DNA of 64,000 nt from a bacterium (GCA_963674695.2 CAXXGI010000003.1:960001-1024000); one strand, 5' to 3'; shown: positions 1 to 9,912, counted from the first letter of the stretch. Translations and numbers: made by a program. The notes: a model not told the origin generated them from the letters alone.

Positions 1-88
1 GACCTGGGCAAACAAACGCTCGGAGCCAGAGGCCCCGAGCTGGATTAACGAAACACAGTTTGGATTGAAGATGAGTTATATGTTTTGA
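1..88 (+). CDS. 3' end of a truncated CDS, probably an outer-membrane beta-barrel protein
   Basis: Frame 2 is open from the window edge and ends ...TQFGLKMSYMF-stop. Alternating hydrophobic residues and a terminal Phe resemble a beta-signal. Confidence 0.45.
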   Translation, partial: TWANKRSEPEAPSWINETQFGLKMSYMF

Positions 89-126
89 AGAAGGGAAAAC
101 AGCGGGGCAATGACAAACCCGAAAGG

Positions 127-228
127 TGTCATCCCCGCCCCCGATTCAATCATTCGAGGGCAGGCTCCAGCGGGGATCTCGACGTACCATAACAATCGAG
201 ATTCCCGCTTACCCCCGCGGGAATGACA
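127..228. repeat. REP/RPE-like palindromic element (TGTCAT...ATGACA family) with nested module
   Basis: TGTCATCCCCGC...GCGGGGATCTCG...CGAGATTCCCGC...GCGGGAATGACA; related copies at 1869, 9743, 34083, 39121, 57375. Confidence 0.85.
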
Positions 229-285
229 CCCCTTACATCACGAGAGAAACGCACCAATCTGCAGTCCCTCCCCGCTCCCATTCCC

Positions 286-1806
286 TTACAACACAAACGC
301 CAGGTAGATGCTCGCCTTGCCGCGCTTGATGAAGAGGCGCACCGTGTCCCCCTTCTTGAGCTTCCCCGCCGCGACGGTATAGTCGCTCATCGATTGAATT
401 TTGGCATCGTTGATTTCAAGGATGACATCGCCCGGCCGCACATCGGAGCGCTCAACGGCTGAACCCGGCTCAACACGCGTGACGACCACGCCACGGAAGG
501 TCGCCGGCACATCGAGTTGCGGCGCATCGGAAGCGGAGATCGAACGCACCACGAGCCCAAGCGCATCGGCCTTGCCCGACTCCTTCCCCTCCGGCGCAAT
601 CCCTGCCTGTTGCTCCTGCTCCTGCTGTTTTCCAATTCCGACCTTCACCTCTTCGCGCTTGCCTCCCCGCAGCAATACCACTGAAACATCGGCATCCGGT
701 TTGGTCTGGCCAACCGCCAGCGACAGGTCATAGGGGCCATCGATCTCCTCGCTCCCGAACTTCAGGATGATGTCACCCCGACGAATGCCCGCCTTTGCCG
801 CAGGCGAACCCCTGAAGACCTCGGCGATGAGCGCGCCCTCGGCCTTTTTCAGCCCGAACGATTTGGCCAGCTCCGGCGTCACTTCTTGAATAGCCACACC
901 GAGCCACCCGCGCGTCACCTTCTGCCCCTTCGACAACGCCGGAATCTCCGACTTGGCCAGGTTGATCGGAATCGCAAAACCGATCCCCTGTCCATGCGCA
1001 TAGATCATGGTGTTGATCCCGATCACCTCGCCCTGCATATTGAAGAGCGGCCCGCCGGAGTTCCCCGGATTGATCGAGGCATCGGTCTGGATGAAGCGCG
1101 CATACGGCCCGCCGCCGACCACGCGCCCCACCGCAGAGACGACGCCGACCGTAACGGTCTGTTCCAAACCGAAGGGGTTGCCGATGGCCATCACCCACTC
1201 GCCCGGACGCATCGCCTTCGAATCACCCAGGACTGCCGTCGGCAAATCCGCCTCCGCCTTGATCTTGATGACCGCGATATCGGTCTTCTCATCGGTGCCG
1301 AGCACATCGGCCTTGAACGTGCGGCCATCGGAGAGCTTCACCTCGATCTCGTCGGCCTGGCTCACGACATGGTTGTTCGTGAGGATGGTTCCGTTTTTGT
1401 CGATGATGAAACCCGACCCGAGAGACTGCTGCTCCTGCTCGGGCATACTGCCGTTCGGTCCCCCCTGAAAAAACTTCTCAAAAAAATCGTCGAACGGATC
1501 GCTCGGACCGAAACGCTGAAACGGCCTCATCATCTGACGACGCCGCACCTTCTTGCTCGTAGAGACGTTGACCACGCAGCTCCTGACGCGTTCGGCCAGA
1601 TCCGCAAACGATTTTGGCTCCGCTGCAAACCAGGACGCCGGACGAACCGGGACCGGAACCGCCTGCGCCGCCTGCGCGCTTCGCAGCTCGATGCTGCGCG
1701 CGCCGCGCACCCCGCCGCCCCAGGCGATGAGCGTAGCGGCTATTACTGCCGCTCCAACCGAAAGTCCAAGAACCGTCCATAACGAATATTTGCGTTCTCT
1801 CATCAT
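286..1806 (-). CDS. Do/DegQ-family (HtrA) serine endoprotease with two PDZ domains
   Basis: GSGFII, TNNHVV, TDIAVIK and IQTDASINPGNSGGPL catalytic motifs; N-terminal signal/TM; GGAGG RBS. Confidence 0.95.
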   Translation of the reverse strand: MMRERKYSLWTVLGLSVGAAVIAATLIAWGGGVRGARSIELRSAQAAQAVPVPVRPASWFAAEPKSFADLAERVRSCVVNVSTSKKVRRRQMMRPFQRFGPSDPFDDFFEKFFQGGPNGSMPEQEQQSLGSGFIIDKNGTILTNNHVVSQADEIEVKLSDGRTFKADVLGTDEKTDIAVIKIKAEADLPTAVLGDSKAMRPGEWVMAIGNPFGLEQTVTVGVVSAVGRVVGGGPYARFIQTDASINPGNSGGPLFNMQGEVIGINTMIYAHGQGIGFAIPINLAKSEIPALSKGQKVTRGWLGVAIQEVTPELAKSFGLKKAEGALIAEVFRGSPAAKAGIRRGDIILKFGSEEIDGPYDLSLAVGQTKPDADVSVVLLRGGKREEVKVGIGKQQEQEQQAGIAPEGKESGKADALGLVVRSISASDAPQLDVPATFRGVVVTRVEPGSAVERSDVRPGDVILEINDAKIQSMSDYTVAAGKLKKGDTVRLFIKRGKASIYLAFVL

Positions 1807-1868
1807 CGTGCATCCTCCCTGCGAAATTTCATAAGAAGCTGTCGGGAAATGACGATTTCAACGACTAT

Positions 1869-1966
1869 TGTCATTCCCGCGAAGGCGGGAATCTCGATTT
1901 TTTACGTACTCCGAGATTCCCGCCGGAGCCTGCCCTCGAATGATTGAATCGGGGGCGGGAATGACA
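1869..1966. repeat. REP/RPE-like palindromic element
   Basis: TGTCATTCCCGCGAAGGCGGGAATCTCG...CGAGATTCCCGC...GCGGGAATGACA. Confidence 0.85.
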
Positions 1967-2007
1967 GCAAAAGCTCTTTCCCCAACAGACTCCAATGACG
2001 CCTTCTG

Positions 2008-2445
2008 CTATTCACTGTTTTTGTCCGCACCGGAACTCGCCTGCATATACATCATGCGCAGATCGAAGAGGATATGCTCGAGCAGTCGATCCTCCTCCGG
2101 CGTTCGATTTCCCTTGGTCTTATCCTGCATCATCCCCAGAATATCGATCGTCTGACGGGCAAGCCCCAGATCTTTTTCCTGCGCCCCCGTCGCGGGGTTG
2201 GGAACGGCACCCAGGTGAACCTGCGTGGAGCTGGCCAACGACAGGACGAAAGTGGCAAAATCGATTGGCACCGGCGCGGAATCGGCCGGTTCTTGGCTCG
2301 GCGCCTCTGCTGCCGACGGCTCCTGCTCAGCGCGAGCCTCCTTCGGCTCCGGCGCCTCCGGACGCTCCTCGCCTTCAGCGGTAAAGCGCCGCTTATCCGT
2401 CACCTTCAGTTCCGCTTCATCCCCATCGTGTTTCACATCGCTCAT
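2008..2445 (-). CDS. DUF1844 domain protein
   Basis: IDFATFVLSL...HLG..PNP...ARQTIDILGMMQDKTKGN...EE pattern; ATG 2445 follows AGGAGG. Confidence 0.85.
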   Translation of the reverse strand: MSDVKHDGDEAELKVTDKRRFTAEGEERPEAPEPKEARAEQEPSAAEAPSQEPADSAPVPIDFATFVLSLASSTQVHLGAVPNPATGAQEKDLGLARQTIDILGMMQDKTKGNRTPEEDRLLEHILFDLRMMYMQASSGADKNSE

Positions 2446-2685
2446 GATGACCTCCTGGATCAAGTCCTGTGCACTACCCGCGTGCATGCGCCTTGTCAAG
2501 ACACCTAACCCATTGAAATCTGGCTGTCATTTTCCGCATCCGCCACAGCCTCCCGACGTTGCCGCAAAAGACGGCACTCCTGCACATCACTCTTGGGCAC
2601 CTCTAACAACTCAATATGCGCCGCCGCGAGGGGGGCCCTCTTTTCATTTGCGCTTTCACCCCCCATCCCCTAGTATCCGCGCCCG

Positions 2686-3459
2686 ATGAAAAACTTCAAA
2701 TTCCCCATTGTTTTCAGCATGATCGCAGCGCTCCTTTTCTTTGCCGGATGTGCATCGAAGATGCCCGATATCGGCACCGGAAAGCCGGACAAGGAGCTGG
2801 AACAGTGTCTGCGCCTGTTTGCCAAACACAAATACGACGACTCCGTACAGTGTCTCGAGATCTTCAAGTCACGCTATCCTGATTCGCGTCTCTCCGAAGA
2901 GGCAGAGCTCCTCATCGGCGACTCCTACTTCGCGAAGAAGGAATACCTCCTCGCAGCGGAATCCTATGCCGTCTTCCTTCGCCTGCATCCGCTGCACGCC
3001 AAAGCGGCCTACGCCCATTACCGCATCGGCATCTCGTATTTCCGGGAAGCGCCGAAGGCCTACGACCGTGATCAGAGCTATGTGTTCGAAGCGATCGACC
3101 ACCTGCGCACCGCCATCCGTCGTTACCCCCGCAGCGAATACACGGGGCTGTCAAAAGCGGCGCTGCGCGAAGCGCGGCTGCGCATCGCTGAACTCAACTT
3201 CTATATCGGCCGTTTCTATTACCGCACGGGCCAGTACATCTCCTGCATCCCCCGTTTCTGGACCGTAGCCGAAGAGTTTCCCGACTCCGGCATCGGTGAT
3301 AAAGCGCTCTACATGATCGTTCGCGCCAGCATCAAGCTCGACCGTATTGAATCGGCAAAGGACGCCTTTACCCAACTCGCCTCACGCTATCCCTCAAGCA
3401 AATTCGTCAAGGAAGCGGAGAAGAAGGTCCTGAAAGCCACCCGCAAAGAGATGTCTTAA
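2686..3459 (+). CDS. bamD: Outer membrane protein assembly factor BamD (lipoprotein)
   Basis: Lipobox FFAGC; TPR-like helices with RDQS, RYPRSEY and YIGRFY motifs typical of BamD. Confidence 0.85.
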   Translation: MKNFKFPIVFSMIAALLFFAGCASKMPDIGTGKPDKELEQCLRLFAKHKYDDSVQCLEIFKSRYPDSRLSEEAELLIGDSYFAKKEYLLAAESYAVFLRLHPLHAKAAYAHYRIGISYFREAPKAYDRDQSYVFEAIDHLRTAIRRYPRSEYTGLSKAALREARLRIAELNFYIGRFYYRTGQYISCIPRFWTVAEEFPDSGIGDKALYMIVRASIKLDRIESAKDAFTQLASRYPSSKFVKEAEKKVLKATRKEMS

Positions 3460-3485
3460 CGCCTGCGTAAAAAGGGGGATGCTTC

Positions 3486-4313
3486 GTGGATTCCGTAAAA
3501 AAACTGCTGGCGACGGGAAAACAACACTTCGACAACAAGCAGTACAAGCAGGCAGAGCACATCTTTCGCCGCGTCCTGGATGAAGATACGCGCTATGCCG
3601 ATGTCTACAACATGATGGGGGTCATCGCGCACGTCGACGGGCGCTTTGCCACCGCGATCGAATGTTTTCAGCAGGCGCTCGACATCAATCCCCGATACAC
3701 CGAAGCCCTCCTCAACCTCGCCGTTCTCTACAACGATCTGGGTCAATACGACGAGGCCAAAAAACTCTATGCCCAGCTCAAGCGCGGAGGACGCAAGGGA
3801 CAGACCACCATCGAACCGGTCCTACGCGGAAAGCTCTCCAACCTGCACGCCGATATCGGCGACATCTATCGCTCCATCGGTCTCTATGGACACTCCATTG
3901 AAGAGTACCGCAAAGCGCTCGATCTCAACGCCGCCTACCTCGACATTCGCACGAAGCTCGGCCAGGCGCTGCGCGAGCACGGCAAACCACAGGAATCGCT
4001 CAAGGAGCTTCGCTCGGTGCTGCGGACAAAGGCCTCCTATGCGCCTGCGCTCATCCAGCTGGGCATCACCGCTTACACGCTGGGGCGAGTGGCCGATGCG
4101 CGCAAATCGTGGCAGGCGGTCCTCAAAAAAGATCCCCGCAACGAATATGCCCTGATGTATCTGCGCCTTTGCGAGGTAACGGAGAATACACAACCGAAGA
4201 AAGCGGCAAAAAAACCGACAACGAAAAAGACATCGGTGAAGGCGAAGAAGAAGGTGAAGAAGGCAAGCCCGGCAAAAAAGAAGACGACAGCGAAGACAAA
4301 GAAGAAAAAATGA
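3486..4313 (+). CDS. Tetratricopeptide repeat protein with Lys-rich C-terminal tail
   Basis: Repeated TPR signatures (ALDINPRYTEALLNLA); K/A/T-rich tail; GTG start after GGGGG. Confidence 0.85.
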   Translation: MDSVKKLLATGKQHFDNKQYKQAEHIFRRVLDEDTRYADVYNMMGVIAHVDGRFATAIECFQQALDINPRYTEALLNLAVLYNDLGQYDEAKKLYAQLKRGGRKGQTTIEPVLRGKLSNLHADIGDIYRSIGLYGHSIEEYRKALDLNAAYLDIRTKLGQALREHGKPQESLKELRSVLRTKASYAPALIQLGITAYTLGRVADARKSWQAVLKKDPRNEYALMYLRLCEVTENTQPKKAAKKPTTKKTSVKAKKKVKKASPAKKKTTAKTKKKK

Positions 4314-4345
4314 GATTGATGACGAACTCCAACGACGCATGTTGG

Positions 4346-4446
4346 TGTCATTCTGAGCGAAGCGAAGAATCCCCTACAAACATCGTTAATAAGGGATTCT
4401 TCGGCGGAGCCTGCCCTGAGCAACGTCGAAGGGCCTCAGAATGACA
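4346..4446. repeat. REP-like palindromic element, second subtype, with nested module
   Basis: TGTCATTCTGAG-CGAAG-CGAAGAATCCC...GGGATTCTTCG...CTCAGAATGACA. Confidence 0.8.
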
Positions 4447-4513
4447 CCCTAGAAAAAATGCATCAAAAACTGACATTGTCAGCAATCTGAAGATCGCGTT
4501 GAGTGCAACCTCC

Positions 4514-5914
4514 ATGACCGATTACCGCACGGAAAAAGATGCCCTGGGTGAAATTCAGGTCCCCGCTACTGCCCTTTGGGGCGCAGCGACCCAGCGCGCC
4601 ATCGAAAACTTCCCGGTGAGCGGCCGCCGTTTCCCCCACGCCTTCATCGCCATGCTCGCACGCATCAAGGGGGCAGCCGCGGTCGTCAATGGCGAACTGG
4701 GCCTCCTTGAAGCGGGAAAAGCGCAGGCTATCGCGCAGGCCGCCGCGTCCGTCGTCGCGGGAGAACACGACGACCAGTTTCCGATCGACATCTTTCAGAC
4801 GGGGTCGGGCACGTCGACCAATATGAACGCCAACGAGGTCATCGCGAGCCTCGCCAACCGGGAACTCGGCGGAACACTCGGCACCTGGAATCCGGTGCAT
4901 CCGAACGACGACGTCAACCTCGGACAATCGTCAAACGACGTCATCCCCTCCGCACTCCACCTGACCGCTGCCGCTGAGATCAACACCAATCTCTTGCCCG
5001 CACTCACCGAGCTGCATCGCGCGCTCGGAGAAAAGGCGCTCGCCTTCGATCACATCTTCAAGACCGGCCGCACGCACCTGATGGACGCGATGCCCATACG
5101 TCTCGGCCAGGAGTTTGGCGGATGGGCGCGCCAGGTCGAACGCGGATCGGAGCGCATTCGGCGCACGCTTCCCGTCCTCTTCGAACTGGCGCTCGGTGGC
5201 ACCGCGGTCGGCACCGGCTTCGGCAGCGATGCCGAGTTCGCCCCGCGCGTCTGCGAAATCCTCGCCTTTGAAACGGAATTGGCATTCGTGCCGTCGATCA
5301 ACCCCTTCGAAGCACTCCAATCGCACAGTCCCTGTGTGGAGATGAGCGGGGCGCTGACGGCCACGGCTTCGTCGCTGGCCCGCATCGCCGACGATGTGCG
5401 GCTGCTCGCCTCCGGCCCGCGCCTGGGGTTTTCCGAACTGAAACTCCCCGCGCTGCAGCCCGGTTCGTCGATCATGCCGGGAAAGGTCAACCCCGTGATC
5501 CCGGAGATGGTCGTACAGGTCGCCACGCAGGTGATGGGCAACGATACGGCTGTAAAGATCGGCGCCCTCGGGGGACACCTCGAACTCAACACCCAGGTGC
5601 CGGTGATCGCCGCGAATCTGCTCGACTCAATCCACATCCTCGGCAACGCGGCCTCGCTGCTGGCCGAGCGCTGCATCGCCGATATCGAAGCGGATGAGGA
5701 CCGTTGTCAGGAGTCGATCGACATGAGCCTGGCGCTTGTCACCGCGCTGGTCCCCCAGATCGGATATGCGCGAGCCGCTGAAATCGCCAAGAAGGCGGCC
5801 GATACCGAACAGACCATCCGCAGCGCCGCCCAGGGTGTCCTCCCCGACGATGAACTCGACGAACTCCTCGATCCGGCCAACCTCACGTCGCCGAACGGTC
5901 GTAAAACCTCCTAA
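4514..5914 (+). CDS. fumC: Class II fumarate hydratase
   Basis: FQTGSGTSTNMNANEV, HPNDDVN..QSSND, KTGRTHLMDA and GSSIMPGKVNP signature. Confidence 0.9.
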   Translation: MTDYRTEKDALGEIQVPATALWGAATQRAIENFPVSGRRFPHAFIAMLARIKGAAAVVNGELGLLEAGKAQAIAQAAASVVAGEHDDQFPIDIFQTGSGTSTNMNANEVIASLANRELGGTLGTWNPVHPNDDVNLGQSSNDVIPSALHLTAAAEINTNLLPALTELHRALGEKALAFDHIFKTGRTHLMDAMPIRLGQEFGGWARQVERGSERIRRTLPVLFELALGGTAVGTGFGSDAEFAPRVCEILAFETELAFVPSINPFEALQSHSPCVEMSGALTATASSLARIADDVRLLASGPRLGFSELKLPALQPGSSIMPGKVNPVIPEMVVQVATQVMGNDTAVKIGALGGHLELNTQVPVIAANLLDSIHILGNAASLLAERCIADIEADEDRCQESIDMSLALVTALVPQIGYARAAEIAKKAADTEQTIRSAAQGVLPDDELDELLDPANLTSPNGRKTS

Positions 5915-5947
5915 CTGCTCGTTATTCCATCTTTTTCCCATTGTCCC

Positions 5948-5968
5948 CTCCTGTGTGAGCCACAGGAG
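5948..5968. terminator. Hairpin downstream of fumC
   Basis: CTCCTGTG-TGAGC-CACAGGAG inverted repeat; no clear U-tract on +. Confidence 0.45.
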
Positions 5969-5986
5969 AAACAATTCCATCTGGAC

Positions 5987-6015
5987 GCAACTTCTGCCCC
6001 CCTTCCAACCGATAA
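5987..6015 (+). promoter_or_regulatory. Putative alternative-sigma promoter (sigma-28-like -10)
   Basis: GCAAC-N17-CCGATAA, 40 nt upstream of ATG 6056; motif recurs at four other orphan units. Confidence 0.65.
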
Positions 6016-6055
6016 TACCCATAGATATGCAGGATCAAATCGGGGGGCTCAAACT

Positions 6056-7255
6056 ATGCATTGGCGCATCACCGGCATTTTCATCGCTGCAATCCTCATC
6101 GTCACGCTGAACGGCTGTTCCGGCGGAGAGGGAGATATCCTGCTCCAGGCGGTGGACCTCTCCACCGAGAACGAAGCCGACAACGTACAGACATCGCCCA
6201 CCGTCTCCAAACTCGCGGGGGTCTCCGTGGCCGTCGACGATGCCGAAGCCACCGCCCTCATCGCTTATACCTACGATGACCAGGGCCGCCTGGAAGCGGC
6301 CGAGACGCTCGAAGTGCCGGAATCCCTCGCCGACGTCTGGGAGGGAAACCAGGCGATGCAGACCTTCTTCACCTCGATGCTGGAGGCCTACAACACGAAC
6401 CTGACCGGAACGGTGCACTATCGCTATACCGAGGAAGGCGATCTTGCCTCGATCCTGTGGGACACGCAGGCAAAGCACGGATTGAGCTTCGACAGCACCG
6501 ATGGCATTCTCTCGGCCCTGCACGTCTGGACCAACGGCACGGCCCAGAGCGAAACGATCGAGACGCTGAATCTGGATACGTTCATCCACACCCCCACCCA
6601 TGACGTCATCGGCTCGCCGACGGACGACGGCACGATGCATTGGACCTGGGGCGGCGTCGGCGGAACGATCGCCGTCATGGACGAGTCGGCCGACGGGATA
6701 AACCTGTGCTATCCGGTCGACCCCGCGCTCATCCCCGAAATTCCGGGCGGCACGATCACCTCGATCAGGGCGTACAACTGCGTCCAGGGAACGATCGAGC
6801 GAAACGGGGGATTGATCTCCTCCATCGACTATCGCTTCTACACCAAAATCACCTACACGTTCCGGATTCAGGTGGGCATCGTCACACAGTACTTCACGCG
6901 CACCCAGGAGGTCGAAACCGGAACGGCACAGCTGACCTACGCCTACACCCGCGATGACCAGATCGCTCAGATCGTTCTGTCGCTCGCAGGGACGCCGCTG
7001 TCGACATGGAATTATTCTTACGACGAGGAAGGTCGGATCGCCGCGATCGATCGCGACATCAACGGATGTCGCGTACGTTTCGCGTTCGCATACGCCGCCG
7101 TCCCCGGAACAGAAGCCGGGTTGGACATCCAGGACGACATCCTGCACGGCCCCAAGGGACCGCTCGTCTCCCGAATGTTGACAGCGGAACAATACCAGTG
7201 GACGCAGATCATGGGGCTCATCACCAACGGAACCAATCCCTTCTTCATCCGCTAG
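6056..7255 (+). CDS. Hypothetical lipoprotein with YD-like motifs
   Basis: Signal peptide with lipobox LNGC; YTYDDQGRL and YSYDEEGRI motifs. Confidence 0.7.
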   Translation: MHWRITGIFIAAILIVTLNGCSGGEGDILLQAVDLSTENEADNVQTSPTVSKLAGVSVAVDDAEATALIAYTYDDQGRLEAAETLEVPESLADVWEGNQAMQTFFTSMLEAYNTNLTGTVHYRYTEEGDLASILWDTQAKHGLSFDSTDGILSALHVWTNGTAQSETIETLNLDTFIHTPTHDVIGSPTDDGTMHWTWGGVGGTIAVMDESADGINLCYPVDPALIPEIPGGTITSIRAYNCVQGTIERNGGLISSIDYRFYTKITYTFRIQVGIVTQYFTRTQEVETGTAQLTYAYTRDDQIAQIVLSLAGTPLSTWNYSYDEEGRIAAIDRDINGCRVRFAFAYAAVPGTEAGLDIQDDILHGPKGPLVSRMLTAEQYQWTQIMGLITNGTNPFFIR

Positions 7256-8394
7256 AAACCCTCGACCACCGCGAAGAGACGTTCCAGATCCGATGCATCG
7301 TTGAAGATATTGACCGAGATGCGAATGTTTCCCGCGCGCCAGGCGCAGTGGATCTGCTGCCGCTTGAGTTCGTCCATCACTGCACGCGTCGCATCCCCAA
7401 GGCGGAAGGAGACGATCGCCGAGCGCTCATCCCGATGGGCGCACGGCGTGACGATCTGGGCACCGCGCGTTTGAAGTCCCTCGATCAGCGCATCGGTCAA
7501 CGCGAAGAGACGTTCGCGAATCGCCTCCCATCCGATCGCTTCGAGGTAGTCGAAGGCGACGCCCAAGGCATTCACGGTCTGCAAATTTATCGTCCCGACC
7601 TGATATTGGGCCGCACCCGCCTTTGGCCGAAGCGGCGCATTCTTTGCGGTATGGATAAAATCATCCTCGGGCGGCTCGATGGAGAGCCAACCCCCGATCG
7701 GCGAGGGGAAGCGCTCGCGAAACGCCGGTGTCGAAAAGAAGAGAGAACCGACATGCCCCGCAAACCCCCATTTGAGAAGGCTGCAGGTCATCGCGTCGAT
7801 CCCCATCGCCTGCACATCGACCGGAAAGAACGGAAAACCCTGCGTCGCGTTGACGATAAAACAGACGCCGCGCTGCTTCAATGCGGCGCCCAGCGCCATA
7901 AGGTCCTGTCGAAACCCGGTGGCATACTGCACGAAGGAGTGCACGACCGCAACCGTCTCCCCATCCACCTGATCGAGCACGCGCTCGACGCGATAACGCC
8001 CCTCGATCGGCTCGACATACTTCATCTGAATGCCCTGATACTCGAAGGGGACGGTCGACGCGGGAAATTCATCCATCGTCGAGACGATGGTGAACGGTCG
8101 GTCGCGTCGTTCACGAAACGAGGCCGCGATTAACGACATCGCCGTCGAGGTGTTGGCCACCATGGTGCAGTCATCCGCGTCGGCGTTCATGAGGCGTGCA
8201 AACCGTTCGAGCATCGCGCGATAGGCCTCAACGTCGTTCTCCCAGCATGCATCTCCCACCTCGGTGATCGCGCGATACGCCGCGCAGATCGTGTCACACA
8301 CGACCCGTGGCGGTGGGCTCATGCCGGAGCTCAAAAAGTAGGGCGATGCCATCGCCGCCGGAAAATCCGCTCGCACCCGTTTCCAATCGACCAT
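7252..8394 (-). CDS. Aminotransferase class V-fold PLP-dependent enzyme
   Basis: RADFP, NTSTA, EFPAS, SFVQYATG, NATQ, SLLKW, SAIVSF and IRIS motifs; ATG 8394 after GGAGG. Confidence 0.85.
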   Translation of the reverse strand: MVDWKRVRADFPAAMASPYFLSSGMSPPPRVVCDTICAAYRAITEVGDACWENDVEAYRAMLERFARLMNADADDCTMVANTSTAMSLIAASFRERRDRPFTIVSTMDEFPASTVPFEYQGIQMKYVEPIEGRYRVERVLDQVDGETVAVVHSFVQYATGFRQDLMALGAALKQRGVCFIVNATQGFPFFPVDVQAMGIDAMTCSLLKWGFAGHVGSLFFSTPAFRERFPSPIGGWLSIEPPEDDFIHTAKNAPLRPKAGAAQYQVGTINLQTVNALGVAFDYLEAIGWEAIRERLFALTDALIEGLQTRGAQIVTPCAHRDERSAIVSFRLGDATRAVMDELKRQQIHCAWRAGNIRISVNIFNDASDLERLFAVVEGF

Positions 8395-8555
8395 AGAACC
8401 TCCTCGCCCTCCTCTAGCAGGACGCCCACCGGCCATCAAGGCGCAAACACATGACGGCATGATCACCAGTCCCCTTGAGCGCCTCACGAAGCGAGCCGTC
8501 TTGGCATCTCCCTCGCTGCATTGACGCCGTGAAGGAAGCCCTCTATACAGATGGC

Positions 8556-8849
8556 ATGAGCATCTATGAAATCATCATGCTGATCTGTTTCGGCGCCGCC
8601 TGGCCGTTGTCGATCTACAAGACGCTGCGCACAAAGGTGGTGGAGGGCAAGAGCGCCTTGTTCATGATCGTCATCGCCCTCGGCTATATCTGCGGCATCC
8701 TACACAAATGGTTCTATCTGCGTGACGCGGTCATCCTGCTCTACATCGTCAACCTCATGATGGTCCTGGCCGACCTCTCCCTCTACTATTACTATAGCGC
8801 CAAGAACCGAGCGACCACAGACGAACGGAAATACGACTATGTCGAATAG
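8556..8849 (+). CDS. Small 3-TM PQ-loop/SemiSWEET-like membrane protein
   Basis: EIIMLICFGAAWP..IYK..RTK...GKS pattern with three hydrophobic segments. Confidence 0.65.
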   Translation: MSIYEIIMLICFGAAWPLSIYKTLRTKVVEGKSALFMIVIALGYICGILHKWFYLRDAVILLYIVNLMMVLADLSLYYYYSAKNRATTDERKYDYVE

Positions 8850-9087
8850 CAAGGCCATCGATTTGGCGCAGTCATTCGGCGTGGGGTTCATGGCCGGCGT
8901 CATCCCGCTGGTCTCGCTCCTGCTGATCGCCTTCTTCATCTGGCGACTCTCCAAAGGGGGGAGCGTGCGCGATGTCTGGCATCACCTCGTGGGCGATATC
9001 GAGTATCCGACCTGGATCGCCGCCATCGCTGGATTTGCTGCGGGGCTGACCACCATCATCATCCTGGCCGAATGGATCCCGAAGTGA
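8839..9087 (+). CDS. Small hypothetical 2-TM membrane protein
   Basis: Two hydrophobic segments; overlaps both neighbours as in an operon. Confidence 0.55.
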   Translation: MSNSKAIDLAQSFGVGFMAGVIPLVSLLLIAFFIWRLSKGGSVRDVWHHLVGDIEYPTWIAAIAGFAAGLTTIIILAEWIPK

Positions 9088-9731
9088 AACTGCCCGACAC
9101 CGCCACCTGCTTCCTCTGTCAGGATTCAGCCCTCGCCGTGCGCACGCCGCAATCGCCACGCTATTTTCATTGTCCCTGCTGTGGCATGATCTTCCTCTCT
9201 CCCGAAAACCACCTCTCCCCAGAGGGAGAGCGCACACGCTACGAACAACATCAGAACGATCCAAGCGACATCCACTATCGCCAATTTCTCGCACGCCTCG
9301 TCGACCCGCTCCTGGATCATCTCAAACCCGGTGCGCGAGGACTCGACTACGGCAGCGGCCCCGGACCGGCGCTGATCGCGATGCTTCGCGAGCACGGGTG
9401 TGACATGCGCGGCTTCGACCCCTTCTTCGATCCCGACGCATCAGCCCTCGAGACGCGCTACGACTTCATCACCTGCACGGAGGTGATCGAACACTTTCAT
9501 CGTCCGCTGCAGGAGTTCACACGATTGAGCGACCTCCTCCTGCCGAATGGAACCCTCGCGGTGATGACCGAGACGCTTACGGATGACACTGATTTTGCGA
9601 ACTGGCACTACCGCCGCGATCCGACCCATACCTGTTTCTATCACGCCCGCACCTTTGAATGGATCGCCGATCATTTCGGCTACAAGCTCGATCGCCCGCA
9701 CAAGAATGTGGCGTTGTTTGTGAACGGATGA
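9072..9731 (+). CDS. Class I SAM-dependent methyltransferase with N-terminal Cys motifs
   Basis: CxxC...CxxC, LDYGSGPG, YDFITCTEVIEHF, WHYRRDPTH. Confidence 0.85.
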   Translation: MDPEVKLPDTATCFLCQDSALAVRTPQSPRYFHCPCCGMIFLSPENHLSPEGERTRYEQHQNDPSDIHYRQFLARLVDPLLDHLKPGARGLDYGSGPGPALIAMLREHGCDMRGFDPFFDPDASALETRYDFITCTEVIEHFHRPLQEFTRLSDLLLPNGTLAVMTETLTDDTDFANWHYRRDPTHTCFYHARTFEWIADHFGYKLDRPHKNVALFVNG

Positions 9732-9742
9732 ATCCGAGTTCT

Positions 9743-9907
9743 TGTCATCCCCGCGAACGCAGCCTGCCCGCCGGTTGTGTGGCGGGGGGATCTCGATGAA
9801 CCGCGACAATCGAGATTCCCGCTTTCGCGGGAATGACACTGCCACGTGCGGGAATGACACTGCCACGTGCGGGAATGACACTGCCACGTGCGGGAATGAC
9901 ACCGCCA
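9743..9907. repeat. REP-like element whose right end is amplified as about 4 tandem 21-bp units
   Basis: TGTCATCCCCGC...; GCGGGAATGACACTGCCACGT repeated at 9827, 9848, 9869 and partially at 9890. Confidence 0.85.
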
Positions 9908-9912
9908 ATAAC

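Noticed and set aside
9827-9907. Possible CRISPR mini-array
   Set aside because: Units are contiguous identical 21-mers with no unique spacers, derive from a REP end, and no cas genes are nearby.
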